Of a stretch of DNA of 64,000 nucleotides, positions 11,089-21,061 are shown piece by piece. The notes beneath the pieces were generated by a model. The model did not search any database. It saw only the letters and a list, made by a program, of their open reading frames with translations, and had not been told where the DNA came from. Both the position numbers and the translations under genes were made by a program. The stretch spans positions 1,414 through 65,413 of the forward strand of contig CAZUFC010000031.1 of the NCBI GenBank assembly GCA_964619725.1. Direction: 5' to 3'. Source of the stretch: an uncultured bacterium. GTDB taxonomy: Bacteria > CSSED10-310 > CAZUFC01. Each line of letters begins with the position of its first letter. The first letter of the stretch is position 1.

Positions 11089-12837
11089 CTATACAACAAA
11101 CTCCTCGTATTTTCCTATTAATTTTTCTGACATTACAGCCGTGATCAATATTCCTTCTTCGTCAAATTTGCGTTCTATTATGTTCGCATTTCGATGGATT
11201 CTTTCCATTATTCCCGCTTGTGCATAGGGAATAAAAAACTGAGTCTTCTTTTTATCGCTCATCAGTTTGTCCCTGATCCCGTCGGCCAGCTCATCCATTC
11301 CCTGTCCAGTTACGGCAGATACGAATACCGCGTTCCGAGTTTCAACCTTCATCCATTCAAGTTCTTGTTCCGTCAATCGGTCTATTTTGTTCATCACCAG
11401 AATCCTGGGAATCTCATCCGCTTCTAATCTTACCAGAGTATCGTTTATCGTTTTCAGATGTTCATCTTTGGCCGGATCGGAAGAGTCCAGGAGCATGCAG
11501 ATTAAATCAGCATCAAGCGCTTCTTCCAGCGTTGAGTGAAAAGCTTCAATCAGATGATGAGGCAGGTTTCTTATGAATCCGACCGTATCGCTGAAGAGAA
11601 CTTCAAAATCGTTGGGCAGGATGCATTTTCTGGTTCTGGTTTCCAACGTGGTAAAAAGTTGATTTGCCGTTTTAACTTTTGCCCCCGAAAGATAATTCAA
11701 TAATGTGGACTTGCCGGCATTGGTATAACCAACCAATGCAATCCTGTTCACCTCCATCGATTTCCGGCGTTTCCTTCTCACTTTTCTCTGCGCCGATATC
11801 CTGGCCAGTTTATCCTCCAGGTCCTGTTTTCTCTTGTATATAAGCCGTCGCGCCATTTCCTGTGCGGTTTCTCCCGGTCCTCGCGTTCCTATGCCCGCTC
11901 CGGGACGGTCCAAAAACTTCTGATCCTTGATCATTTGCTGCAGATGCTGGTTGATCATGGCGATTTTAACCTGTAATCTCCCCTCCTCGCTCGCAGCGTG
12001 CTGAGCAAAAATATGCAGGATCAAATCCGTCCTGTCCATGACGGGAACGCCGACGATCTGTTTAAGGTTCCTCTTCTGGTTGTATTTGATATCCTCGCTC
12101 AGGATTACGCCGTCCAGGTTTTTATCCAGGATCATATTTCGCATTTCATGCGCCTTGCCTCTGCCGATAAAGAATCCCGGATCAGGTTTACTTCTTTTTT
12201 GCTGAACCAGTTCAACCGCCTCAAATCCGGCCGTTTCGCACAACAGGACCAGTTCCTCCAGGCCTGCGCCGCTGCCTTCAAATTCGCTGGAAGTCAGATG
12301 AACGCCCGCCAGCAGCGCTCTCTGGCGTTGCTTTTTTCCTGTTTGTCTTCTCTTTTCGGGAATGAGAGCTGATTCGATTTTATCCGCCAGCGGAAAAAAT
12401 TCCCGGCTGGTAAATTCGCCGGGGTCCAGATGGACAACTTTTTCACTTTCCGCAGATAACTTTCCATCCTCAACCTCCGGCAAAACCATAACGGCTTCAG
12501 AATTCGGCATAATGCCTATAAACATATCAAGCCGGTACCGGTGCAGCATTATTCTCTCTCTCCCTCTCGGAAAATCCTGTTTTCCCGGTAAAAAACGAAC
12601 GGCCCTTACTCCTGAAAGCTTCCAGGTCTTCTTGCGGGGGAAAATGCGTTCCGGCGGACTTTCATCGCCCTTCGTCATTTCAACGACAAAACCATGCCTG
12701 TCGATATAGTAAGTAACACTTTCTCTCAGTTCTTCCACATACCCGGAAACCCTTTTCCATTCCTCCAAACTGAAAATGAATTCTTTGGATAAACGTTTCC
12801 CTTTTATCTCGTTAAGAAAATTTATCTTCTCTTGCAT
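11089..12837 (-). CDS. hflX: GTPase HflX with N-terminal extension
   Basis: GIGTRGPGE; G1 VGYTNAGKSTLLN; LFTTLE; G3 SDTVGFI; G4 NKID. Confidence 0.95.
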   Translation of the reverse strand: MQEKINFLNEIKGKRLSKEFIFSLEEWKRVSGYVEELRESVTYYIDRHGFVVEMTKGDESPPERIFPRKKTWKLSGVRAVRFLPGKQDFPRGRERIMLHRYRLDMFIGIMPNSEAVMVLPEVEDGKLSAESEKVVHLDPGEFTSREFFPLADKIESALIPEKRRQTGKKQRQRALLAGVHLTSSEFEGSGAGLEELVLLCETAGFEAVELVQQKRSKPDPGFFIGRGKAHEMRNMILDKNLDGVILSEDIKYNQKRNLKQIVGVPVMDRTDLILHIFAQHAASEEGRLQVKIAMINQHLQQMIKDQKFLDRPGAGIGTRGPGETAQEMARRLIYKRKQDLEDKLARISAQRKVRRKRRKSMEVNRIALVGYTNAGKSTLLNYLSGAKVKTANQLFTTLETRTRKCILPNDFEVLFSDTVGFIRNLPHHLIEAFHSTLEEALDADLICMLLDSSDPAKDEHLKTINDTLVRLEADEIPRILVMNKIDRLTEQELEWMKVETRNAVFVSAVTGQGMDELADGIRDKLMSDKKKTQFFIPYAQAGIMERIHRNANIIERKFDEEGILITAVMSEKLIGKYEEFVV

Positions 12838-13015
12838 AATAGACTCCCTGTTCGTTGACGTTTACTTTTCCTCTCAATATGAATTCAGCCAATTAAACTT
12901 AGTTTCTGTCTTCCAAAGATCGATCTCCAACTAAGCCCTCAGTAATTCTCTTGTCATCGTTTCATCTCCTTTTGTAAATGTCCTGCAAAAGAGAGTACAA
13001 ACCTGTATCCCCATC

Positions 13016-13046
13016 CGGCAAAACCCGCTGAAGACGGCTTTTGCCG
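13016..13046. terminator. Hairpin, possible terminator or attenuator between the FG-GAP gene and hflX
   Basis: CGGCAAAA...TTTTGCCG 8-bp stem plus inner CCG/CGG; no clear U-tract. Confidence 0.35.
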
Positions 13047-13216
13047 AAGCTGTTTAACTCATTTTTTTCACGTGTGGATTGAAATAGAGAAAATTAAATA
13101 GAGAAAGGAACAGTTCGACTCATCCGTCGGGATCAGCAGATTGATATATTGATGATGATCACTTTCGTACCTCCTGGTCGAACCTCTTTTTATTTACAAT
13201 AAATCCGTCGCTGATG

Positions 13217-14872
13217 TCAAGTCTGTTTCCGTACGGCGTTCAAACGACTGAACAATACCAGAAAGAAACCGAAGATAATGAGCATCGTCAGGCGTCCCGA
13301 TCTTCCCATGGCCGGTATGTCCGGGATACCGGTCGGAGTGGGTTCATCATTGCTGTAATAAGCGTATGCCCTTCCCTCTTCGACGCGTTCGACATTATAC
13401 CCATAGGAACCCACGATAACGTCATCTTTGTCGTCGCCGTTCACGTCTCCTGCGCTGCTGAGATGCAAACCGAAATAGCTGTGAGTTTGTTCGCCGGTGA
13501 CGATCCAGGAGGGCGTATTCTGAAGTCCAGACTCGGCGCCCGTGAAAACGTAGGCCCTGCCGTCGTTTGTAAAATTTTGATCGTGGCCGTATGCGCCGAT
13601 GATAACGTCGTCGAAGCCGTCGCCGTCAACATCGCCTGCACCGTCCACGGCAAAACCGAAATAGGCGCTCGCCTGTCCGCCGTAATTTATCGAAGGTATG
13701 GTCCCTAAACCGGAGGATGACCCGTAGTAAACCAGCGTTCTTCCTTCATGCGCATATTCCTGGTCATAGCCCCAGACTCCAAGAATGACATCGGCGTAAC
13801 CGTCGTTATTCACATCGCCGGCTCCGGCTGCAGACCACCCCATGTGCGCCAGGGCCTGTTCGCCGTCTGCGATCCAATCCGGGGATGATGCCGGACCAGT
13901 CGCCGAACCATGATAAACGTAAGCGCGTCCTTCCCAGTAGCACTGGTTTTCATAATCCGGAGCTCCCACGATGATGTCGTCATAGCCGTCATCATTAACG
14001 TCGCCGGCGCCGCTAACGCACGTTCCGTAAAACGCTTCGGCCTGATCGCTCTCTGCTGACCAGCCGCCGGTCGCGCTTATCCCGGTCGCCGAACCGTAAT
14101 AGAGAAATGCTGCGCCCTCCCATTGCTCTCCGTTCGTATAAGTCCTGGCCCCGATTATTACATCGTCGAAACCGTCATTGTTGACGTCGCCCGCTGAAGA
14201 TACGCAAATGCCGAACTGACAGTCGATATGACTGCCCGTCAGTACGCAGCCGGCAGTTCCCGTCAAGCCGCCCGCTGAACCATGGTAAATAAACGCCCCG
14301 CCTCGATTCAAATAATTGTGGCTTCCCACTAAAACATCATCATACCCGTCACCATTTACATCGCCCGCCGAAGATACGGAATAACCGTAGCGGGCACGAA
14401 ATCCCGTCCCGGTTCCCGTCCATTCTGCCGCCTCGCTTAAACCGGAAACAGAACCATGATACAAAAATGCCTTACCGTCACGCTCCTCTCCCGTCGTGTA
14501 GTCCGGCGCCCCGACTATAACTTCGGAATAACCATCCCCGTTCACGTCACCCGCGCCGGCAACCCGAAAACCATACGCACAATCATACTGGTCACCTTCC
14601 CCAATCCAGGAAGGCTCGACAGGCAATCCCTTCCCCCTGTCGCTCCAACCAGGCCCGGAAATAACGGATTCGCCTGCAAATCCGGAAATCGCTAAATCTG
14701 ATGAACGCAATAACCCTCCTATTCCATATACGAGTTCATTGCCTGAAACATCCCTACAATTTTCATCGGAACATTGAATTTCAATGATCCATGAAAATAT
14801 TGCCATGAACGTAATTCCTGCCGAAATTAGAAAACCCCGCTGCAATTTCCCTTTAAAAATTAATGAATTCAT
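13217..14872 (-). CDS. FG-GAP (integrin-alpha) repeat beta-propeller protein with IPTL-CTERM-like sorting tail
   Basis: Seven AGDVNGDG[YF]xD[VI]IVGA repeats; C-terminal IPAMGRSG + hydrophobic helix + basic tail. Start is probably 14872 (track 14902). Confidence 0.9.
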   Translation of the reverse strand: MNSLIFKGKLQRGFLISAGITFMAIFSWIIEIQCSDENCRDVSGNELVYGIGGLLRSSDLAISGFAGESVISGPGWSDRGKGLPVEPSWIGEGDQYDCAYGFRVAGAGDVNGDGYSEVIVGAPDYTTGEERDGKAFLYHGSVSGLSEAAEWTGTGTGFRARYGYSVSSAGDVNGDGYDDVLVGSHNYLNRGGAFIYHGSAGGLTGTAGCVLTGSHIDCQFGICVSSAGDVNNDGFDDVIIGARTYTNGEQWEGAAFLYYGSATGISATGGWSAESDQAEAFYGTCVSGAGDVNDDGYDDIIVGAPDYENQCYWEGRAYVYHGSATGPASSPDWIADGEQALAHMGWSAAGAGDVNNDGYADVILGVWGYDQEYAHEGRTLVYYGSSSGLGTIPSINYGGQASAYFGFAVDGAGDVDGDGFDDVIIGAYGHDQNFTNDGRAYVFTGAESGLQNTPSWIVTGEQTHSYFGLHLSSAGDVNGDDKDDVIVGSYGYNVERVEEGRAYAYYSNDEPTPTGIPDIPAMGRSGRLTMLIIFGFFLVLFSRLNAVRKQT

Positions 14873-15301
14873 TATTTTACGCTTCCTCTCCTGTAAGATC
14901 ATTTCTGTTACTCATTATAAGAAAAACCAGCGGTTGATCAAGCGGATGCTGCATTTTAAGATGCACTTCAGACAAAAGTAACGATGACGCATCTGGATGC
15001 CGTATCACATGTTGGAAACATCAATTTGCGAATGCGAATGACTCTGACATTCTCGCAGATATTTTCATTTGACGGATTCCGATTTTTATCTTTTCTTCTT
15101 TACCAATTTCTCCTGTTTTCGCCCCCTGATAATTTTGTTCTTTGTCCTGATTGCCTGGTATTGATTTTTGCAATTTATTGTAATACTTTAAGATGATGGA
15201 TTGCAGCGACGACGTTGCTGTTCCGGTTTGATGAAGTTCTGTCGCACAATCCCGCTAATTCAGAATGTTTTAGAATTATTACTCTTTTAGTTTAAGTCAG
15301 C

Positions 15302-15997
15302 ATGGAAAATCATCAAAGCAGCCTGGTCGGCAAATATAAAATGACATTGCAGGAGATTGATCTGCGTGACCCTATCGAAGCGGCCCCTGTTTCTCACAGG
15401 GTTATCGCCCGTTTAATCGACAGCGTTATTTCGGCGATATTATTTCTGGTGACTTACCTTGTCATTGAACAAGTATGGACGGGTCTGATTTTTTCCGGAT
15501 TCTATCTGTTATTGCAGGATTGCCTCATAGTGAACAAGAGCATTGGAAAAATGTTAATGGGGATAAGAATTCTTTCCGTGCGGGTGAAAAAGAGAAATAC
15601 CGCCCTGATGTCTTTCCTCCGCAATCTGCCTCTGGTCGGCATACTTTTTGTCCTGGCTGACGTATGCATATATCTCATTGAAGGAAAACTCTGTTTTTTT
15701 CATGTTTCTTATAAGCCTTTTCTGGGCGGTCATATTGCTTCCCTTTTGCTTCTCTGGCTGGAAGCGGGGTTGCTGATTTTCGGGAAGAATCCCTTTCGAC
15801 TAGGAGACATCCTCGGCGGCACGGCAGTAGTTCCGGACGACAGGGACTACAAAGAGGATGAAGAGGACGAGGAAGATCAACAGGCAGATGCGTCAGGCAG
15901 AACGATGACGAACGATTTCCTCGAATTCAGGTCGAAACCTCCCGAACGCGCGCAACGTCTGTCCTCCCTGACCCGGATTTTTCATACAAAATCGTAG
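15302..15997 (+). CDS. RDD family membrane protein
   Basis: RVIARLIDS, SIGKMLMGIRI, RLGDILGGTAVV; several transmembrane helices. Confidence 0.88.
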   Translation: MENHQSSLVGKYKMTLQEIDLRDPIEAAPVSHRVIARLIDSVISAILFLVTYLVIEQVWTGLIFSGFYLLLQDCLIVNKSIGKMLMGIRILSVRVKKRNTALMSFLRNLPLVGILFVLADVCIYLIEGKLCFFHVSYKPFLGGHIASLLLLWLEAGLLIFGKNPFRLGDILGGTAVVPDDRDYKEDEEDEEDQQADASGRTMTNDFLEFRSKPPERAQRLSSLTRIFHTKS

Positions 15998-16174
15998 TCA
16001 GAGCGTTCAGATTCCCGCAGATTCAAGCATGGCGGACTGAAGGACTGCGGAAAAACAGCAGCGCTACGTTGAGCAAGGCCGCAGGGAGCAGCGCTTGAAG
16101 GTACGGGGATATGGACGCTCGTAACAGGTTTTGTATGAGAAATGCGGGCTAATGCTGCAGAGAGCGTTTATGCC

Positions 16175-16813
16175 TTATTCTAAAACAAGGATTTCCACTC
16201 TTCTGTTTTGTCGCCTGCCTTCTGCGGTAGAATTATCTGAGATCGGTTTCGTTTCGCCGTAACTGATCACCGACATCTGTCTTAAAGCGATCTTACCCAC
16301 GTCGTTGAGATACCGTCTCACGGCCTCGGCTCTTTTTAATCCCAGTTCGTAGTTATATTCCTCATCGCCTAAAGCGTCGGTGTGGCCCTGAATTTCCAGG
16401 TATGAGTGAGGATAATCATTGATCAATTTCAAAGCGAATTCTTCAATCGCCCTGGCGCAATCGCCTGAAACTTTCCATTCGCCGATTCCGAAATGACAGA
16501 TGTCGTCCGAAAGCGCCATCTGGTAAACCAACTGACCTTTTGCGATCTTACCGGCTTCTTCAGCTCGCGCCAGCGCATCCCTGGCCGTCTCAGATAATTC
16601 ATTTACTTTAGTTTCCTGCGTATCGATCTTATCGGAATTATCGCTTATCCTCGTTTCATTGGCCTCGATGCTTGTCTCCAAATCCGCAATTCTCTGGTCT
16701 CTTTTCGACATCTCATTATTGAAATGATGCTTCGAAACGCAAGAGCTCAATGTCGTCATGACTAGCGCCGATAAACATGCAGCAATGATTCTCACAGCAA
16801 AATGATTTTTCAT
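16175..16813 (-). CDS. OmpA-family peptidoglycan-binding lipoprotein with coiled coil
   Basis: Lipobox LSSC; coiled coil; IQGHTD...N..LG.KRA, SYGETKP, NRRVEI. AGGAG RBS before ATG 16813. Confidence 0.92.
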   Translation of the reverse strand: MKNHFAVRIIAACLSALVMTTLSSCVSKHHFNNEMSKRDQRIADLETSIEANETRISDNSDKIDTQETKVNELSETARDALARAEEAGKIAKGQLVYQMALSDDICHFGIGEWKVSGDCARAIEEFALKLINDYPHSYLEIQGHTDALGDEEYNYELGLKRAEAVRRYLNDVGKIALRQMSVISYGETKPISDNSTAEGRRQNRRVEILVLE

Positions 16814-16850
16814 CCGTTCTAACTCCTTTCGTCCTTTCGATCTCAATTCG

Positions 16851-17885
16851 TTAATTCTGACTTCTGATGTTATCAGATTGAAAAGAACCCGTCAAATAAC
16901 CTTTCTGCGAACGCACTCTGTATTTTCTTTTTTTCACCCTGACTTCAATTTCCCGGTAAATTTTGTCCGTGCCCATCATAGCGGAATTGAATCCGATGAT
17001 GTATTGCGAGCCCAGTTCTTTAAGAATAACATCACACGCCCTTTTCATTTCATGCGGTTCGCCGACCATAAAACATTTGCCCCCGGTAGCCGAGGCTATT
17101 TCTTTAAGCATCTCCCGGTTGATCAGATCGGGTTGATTGGGCGGAAGTTCCTCGCCGTAAATAGGATCGATTCCGATTGAATAAACCGGTATATTGATCC
17201 GTCTCGTCAGCAGCAGCGCTCTTTTCAATTCCAGATTGCTGGCATTGTCGATGCCGTCAGTGAAAAGTAGCACCGCTTTATGAACATGTTCGCCTTTTCT
17301 GGCGATTTCAGGCACTGCTGCGACCGCATCAAGCAGCGCCGTTTTACCATAAGCCTTGACGCCCTTCATGGACTCCTTCAGTTTCGTCTTGCTCTTTGTA
17401 AATAGCGAACCGACTTCCAGGCCCGCATCCGCAAACAGAAGCAACGCAGCTTCATCCTCTTCCTTAAGGTAATTTATCAGGATTGTAACCGCCTCTTTGG
17501 CATTGTCGAACTTGTCCAGTATCCTCATGCTGCCGCTGACGTCCAGAAGTATGACCAGACTCGTCGGAGCCTCATACGATTTAGTCACTTCCTTGATCTC
17601 CTGCGGTATTCCATCTCTGAGGACAATGAAATCATTCTTTGAAAGATCAGTAACGAATCTGCCTTTTTTATCGGTCACCGTCACGGTCACTCTCACGAAC
17701 TCGACCGAATACGAAAGATCATAATCAATATCCTGCGGAACATCTTGATTGCCTGATTCGGCGGATTTTTTTTCATTTTCTGCAGATGCGTATCGTTCCC
17801 CGAAAATATGACCGCAGCAGAGAAGCATAAGACAGATAAGGAGCATCCTGAATAACCGGCATTTTATCGATCTATTTCGCTTCAT
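16851..17885 (-). CDS. Secreted VWA-domain protein (acidobacterial VWFA-like)
   Basis: VTVTDKKGRFVTDL, MIDAS LLDVSGSM, TALLDA, FTDGID, TGG, QYIIGF. Confidence 0.9.
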   Translation of the reverse strand: MKRNRSIKCRLFRMLLICLMLLCCGHIFGERYASAENEKKSAESGNQDVPQDIDYDLSYSVEFVRVTVTVTDKKGRFVTDLSKNDFIVLRDGIPQEIKEVTKSYEAPTSLVILLDVSGSMRILDKFDNAKEAVTILINYLKEEDEAALLLFADAGLEVGSLFTKSKTKLKESMKGVKAYGKTALLDAVAAVPEIARKGEHVHKAVLLFTDGIDNASNLELKRALLLTRRINIPVYSIGIDPIYGEELPPNQPDLINREMLKEIASATGGKCFMVGEPHEMKRACDVILKELGSQYIIGFNSAMMGTDKIYREIEVRVKKRKYRVRSQKGYLTGSFQSDNIRSQN

Positions 17886-17886
17886 G

Positions 17887-20841
17887 TTATTGGCTGGCGT
17901 CCTCCGGAATTACGACGACGTTCAAAGACTTATATTTTTTATGCCAATTGACGGGAAATTTCAAACGAAAACCTTTCCGTGATCTGTAAATAAGATGGCG
18001 TTTTTCATAACCGTACCGGAATAATTTCCAGGTAATTTCCACGTCTTTTCGGCAGTATTCGGTCAGCAAATTCCATTTCGCTTCTCTGAACCATCTTATG
18101 GCGGCCAGTCCATCACCTGATTTTCTCGCGCCCAGAGTCTGTTCAGCCAGGTGGTCCAGGCTTAAGCGGTGTCCGAGTCTGTCAGCGACATCTTCCAGTA
18201 TATCGATGTTCCTTATCTTGTTTATCTTGTGCTTGCTGTATCCTTTAAGCACCGTGTAATCGAAACGCTTCTGATTGAATCCAATGATAACCTCGGCCTC
18301 TTCCAGCCGCTGAATCAAATCACGCGCCTGTTTTTCATAATAAATTTCGTAGCGTTTCTGTTCGACATCGTAAACGACGCCGACCGACAGTTTCATTTTC
18401 TTTATGTTGCTCCATCCGCCTACGTCGTCGGAACTGTTTTGAGTTTCCAGATCAAAGACCAGTATTCTGCCTTTCCGGGCTGAAGAAAGAGGCGGAGCTT
18501 CAGGTTCGGGTTGAGAGGGCAGGCGGGGCAGCGGAATCTTTTTTGGTACTGTTTTCTTTTTTGTTTTTTCAGGCCACCGGAAATTTTCATCCAGAAGAGC
18601 TGTAAGCAGAAGAACGGCGCCCTGCTTGTCCAGCGGTCTATTGCCGGCTCCGCAGCGGGGCGAAAAAATGCAGGATGGGCAACCTTCCGTGCATTCGCAT
18701 GATTCGATGGTATCCAGGGTTCTCTGCAGTAAGTCGCGGCCGAATGTTATGCCCTTTTCAGCTATTCCTATGCCTCCGGGGACGTAATCATAAATGAAAA
18801 CAGCGCCTGTTTTCGTCTGGGGATGAAAGGGGAACGATATGCCGCCGACGTCGAACCGGTCGCACATCGTAAAAAGCGGGTAAAGCGACAGAATAACATG
18901 TTCGCAGGCATGGATGGCGCCCATGAAATGATGGTCCTGGTCTTCGAGAAGCATGCGATATTTTTCGTCAAATTGAAACCACACGCCGGTGGTTTCAAAT
19001 ATCAAAGGCGGCAGATCCAGGTCGTGTCTGCCCAGTATATCTCCTCCATGAATTCTCTTCTTGACATAGGAATCGATGAGCTCCGTCACTTTTATTCGCC
19101 CGCGGTGCATGACGGTACGGCCGACCGAAGCCGATTCCAAATCGTCCAGTATTTCCGTTTCTTTCTGGTTTCTCGTCTGCGTGTACCAGGCTGCTTTGGT
19201 TCGCCGGACCAATATGCTCTTCTTGTTCAAATCCATGTCCAGCACGTGATATGTCTCTCCTCCATGCAGATACACGGCCCCTGGATGCCCCTCATGGAAA
19301 GCCCGCGTCCCTGACATCCTGCCGATGACGCGGTGCTCGGCGCCTTCTTCGACAATCGTAAAACTGTCCCCTGCCGATCGAATATCGACTTGTCGCTCAG
19401 GATGGTCCTTCACGGAATGCCATCTGAGTCTGTCGACTTCTGTGAGCAGCTTCCCAGATTCTTCCATTTCATTAACCAGCGCGGCCGTCTGTTTTCCGAA
19501 TATGTTCAATTCATCTTCTTCAATAGGAGCTTCAAAGGCCGCACACATCAATTGCTTTTCAGCGATGTACCTGTTCTCAGGATCGATGCCGGCTTTTTCA
19601 AAAGGCAATCCGAACAGGACGTCCGGATGCTTGACGAAATACTGGTCCAGAGCGTCCTGTCCCGCAATCATGAATACCAGAGGTTCCTTTCCCCGTCGCC
19701 CGACTCTTCCGCCTCTCTGTTGAGTGCTCACGATGGTGCCGGGATACCCTGAAAGAATGCAGACATCCAATCCCCCGACATCAATTCCCAGTTCAAGTGC
19801 GCTTGTGGAGACTACTCCTTTCAGCTTTCCCGAAAACAGCTTCCTCTCCGTTTCCCTTCGCTCCTCCGGAAGAAATCCCGCCCGGTATATTCCTATTTTA
19901 TCCTTTAACTCCTGGTCCTCTCCTGTCGACCAGGCATAGATCAACTCGGTTATCTTTCGAGCCTTCGTAAATACGATCGTTTTGAGGCCGGAATTCACGC
20001 AGACCCGTAGCAAACGTGATGCAACCGTCATGGAACTCAACTCCGGATTCAAAATGACGAAGTGCTTGCCGGGCGTCGGCGCTCCGGACTCCTTCACAAC
20101 CCGAGCCTCCCGATTCGTAAGACGATCAAAAAGCTCGCCGGGATTGGCTATGGTTGCTGATGCCGATATTATTGAAGGACGAACGCCGTAATGACGGGCA
20201 ATGCGCAGAAGCCTTCGGAGTATAAACGCCACATTGCTGCCGAATATCCCCCGATAGGTATGTATTTCATCAATGACGATGAATTTCAGATTCTGAAAAA
20301 ATTCCGACCAGGATTCATGGTAAGGCAGAAAAGAGCGATGCAGCATGTCGGGATTGCTTATGAGTATATTGGGCGTGTTGGACCTTATTTTTGTTCTTTT
20401 GTGCGAGGGAACATCACCGTCGTAAACAGCGACCAGCGATTCCGGCGTTCGGTCGAAATAAGAAGCCGCTCCTTGCAGCATTATCGACTGATCCTGACCT
20501 AAGGCTTTGAAGGGAAAAAGATACAATGCTTTCGACTGCGGATGGGTCAGAATGCTTTCCAATACAGGAATATTATAGATCAGGCTTTTCCCGCTGGCTG
20601 TCGGAGTCGCCGCCAAAACGTCGTAACCCGACCTGATCAAATCGATGCATGCAGCCTGATGGGAGTATAAGTTCGTTATGCCGGCATCCACTAACCATTT
20701 CGTTGTCCTTTCATCTAAAGGTTCAGCAGGTTCTCCGACCTTTGCTTCTGCAGGCGGAGTATACTCGTGATGCACCCACATGTCTTTATATGTTCGATCA
20801 GATTTCAGATTCTCAAGAAATTGAATTATACGAGGGTCCAT
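17887..20841 (-). CDS. DEAH-box helicase with DUF1998 (MrfA/SftH/Hrq1-like) fused to a C-terminal RNase H-like (YprB/MrfB-like) exonuclease
   Basis: TPTASGKS, DEIH, SAT, ALELGIDVG, QRGGRVGR; Zn motif CECTEGCPSC; C-terminal FDLETQ...GFNQKRFD...YCRKDV. Start is probably 20841 (track 20877). Confidence 0.92.
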   Translation of the reverse strand: MDPRIIQFLENLKSDRTYKDMWVHHEYTPPAEAKVGEPAEPLDERTTKWLVDAGITNLYSHQAACIDLIRSGYDVLAATPTASGKSLIYNIPVLESILTHPQSKALYLFPFKALGQDQSIMLQGAASYFDRTPESLVAVYDGDVPSHKRTKIRSNTPNILISNPDMLHRSFLPYHESWSEFFQNLKFIVIDEIHTYRGIFGSNVAFILRRLLRIARHYGVRPSIISASATIANPGELFDRLTNREARVVKESGAPTPGKHFVILNPELSSMTVASRLLRVCVNSGLKTIVFTKARKITELIYAWSTGEDQELKDKIGIYRAGFLPEERRETERKLFSGKLKGVVSTSALELGIDVGGLDVCILSGYPGTIVSTQQRGGRVGRRGKEPLVFMIAGQDALDQYFVKHPDVLFGLPFEKAGIDPENRYIAEKQLMCAAFEAPIEEDELNIFGKQTAALVNEMEESGKLLTEVDRLRWHSVKDHPERQVDIRSAGDSFTIVEEGAEHRVIGRMSGTRAFHEGHPGAVYLHGGETYHVLDMDLNKKSILVRRTKAAWYTQTRNQKETEILDDLESASVGRTVMHRGRIKVTELIDSYVKKRIHGGDILGRHDLDLPPLIFETTGVWFQFDEKYRMLLEDQDHHFMGAIHACEHVILSLYPLFTMCDRFDVGGISFPFHPQTKTGAVFIYDYVPGGIGIAEKGITFGRDLLQRTLDTIESCECTEGCPSCIFSPRCGAGNRPLDKQGAVLLLTALLDENFRWPEKTKKKTVPKKIPLPRLPSQPEPEAPPLSSARKGRILVFDLETQNSSDDVGGWSNIKKMKLSVGVVYDVEQKRYEIYYEKQARDLIQRLEEAEVIIGFNQKRFDYTVLKGYSKHKINKIRNIDILEDVADRLGHRLSLDHLAEQTLGARKSGDGLAAIRWFREAKWNLLTEYCRKDVEITWKLFRYGYEKRHLIYRSRKGFRLKFPVNWHKKYKSLNVVVIPEDASQ

Positions 20842-21061
20842 ATTGTCCTTTCGGCCTAGTTCCGCCGGAGCAATCATAACGAATCACAGTTTTTGATTCA
20901 AGATGAATTAATTTCACGAAATTTGATTATTTTTTCGCAATCTGGTATCTCAAAGAAGGGTAGGACGACTTAAGCTTAAAATTTTTTTAAACGGCAACGG
21001 CCCCAGGATCAACGTTTGAAAAAAAATCAAATTTCCGAAACAGGCCGGGAGGATAAAAAAA

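Noticed and set aside
17887-20841. DISARM/Druantia-type defence system suggested by DUF1998
   Set aside because: No methylase, PLD or other defence genes nearby; the architecture fits a repair helicase-exonuclease.
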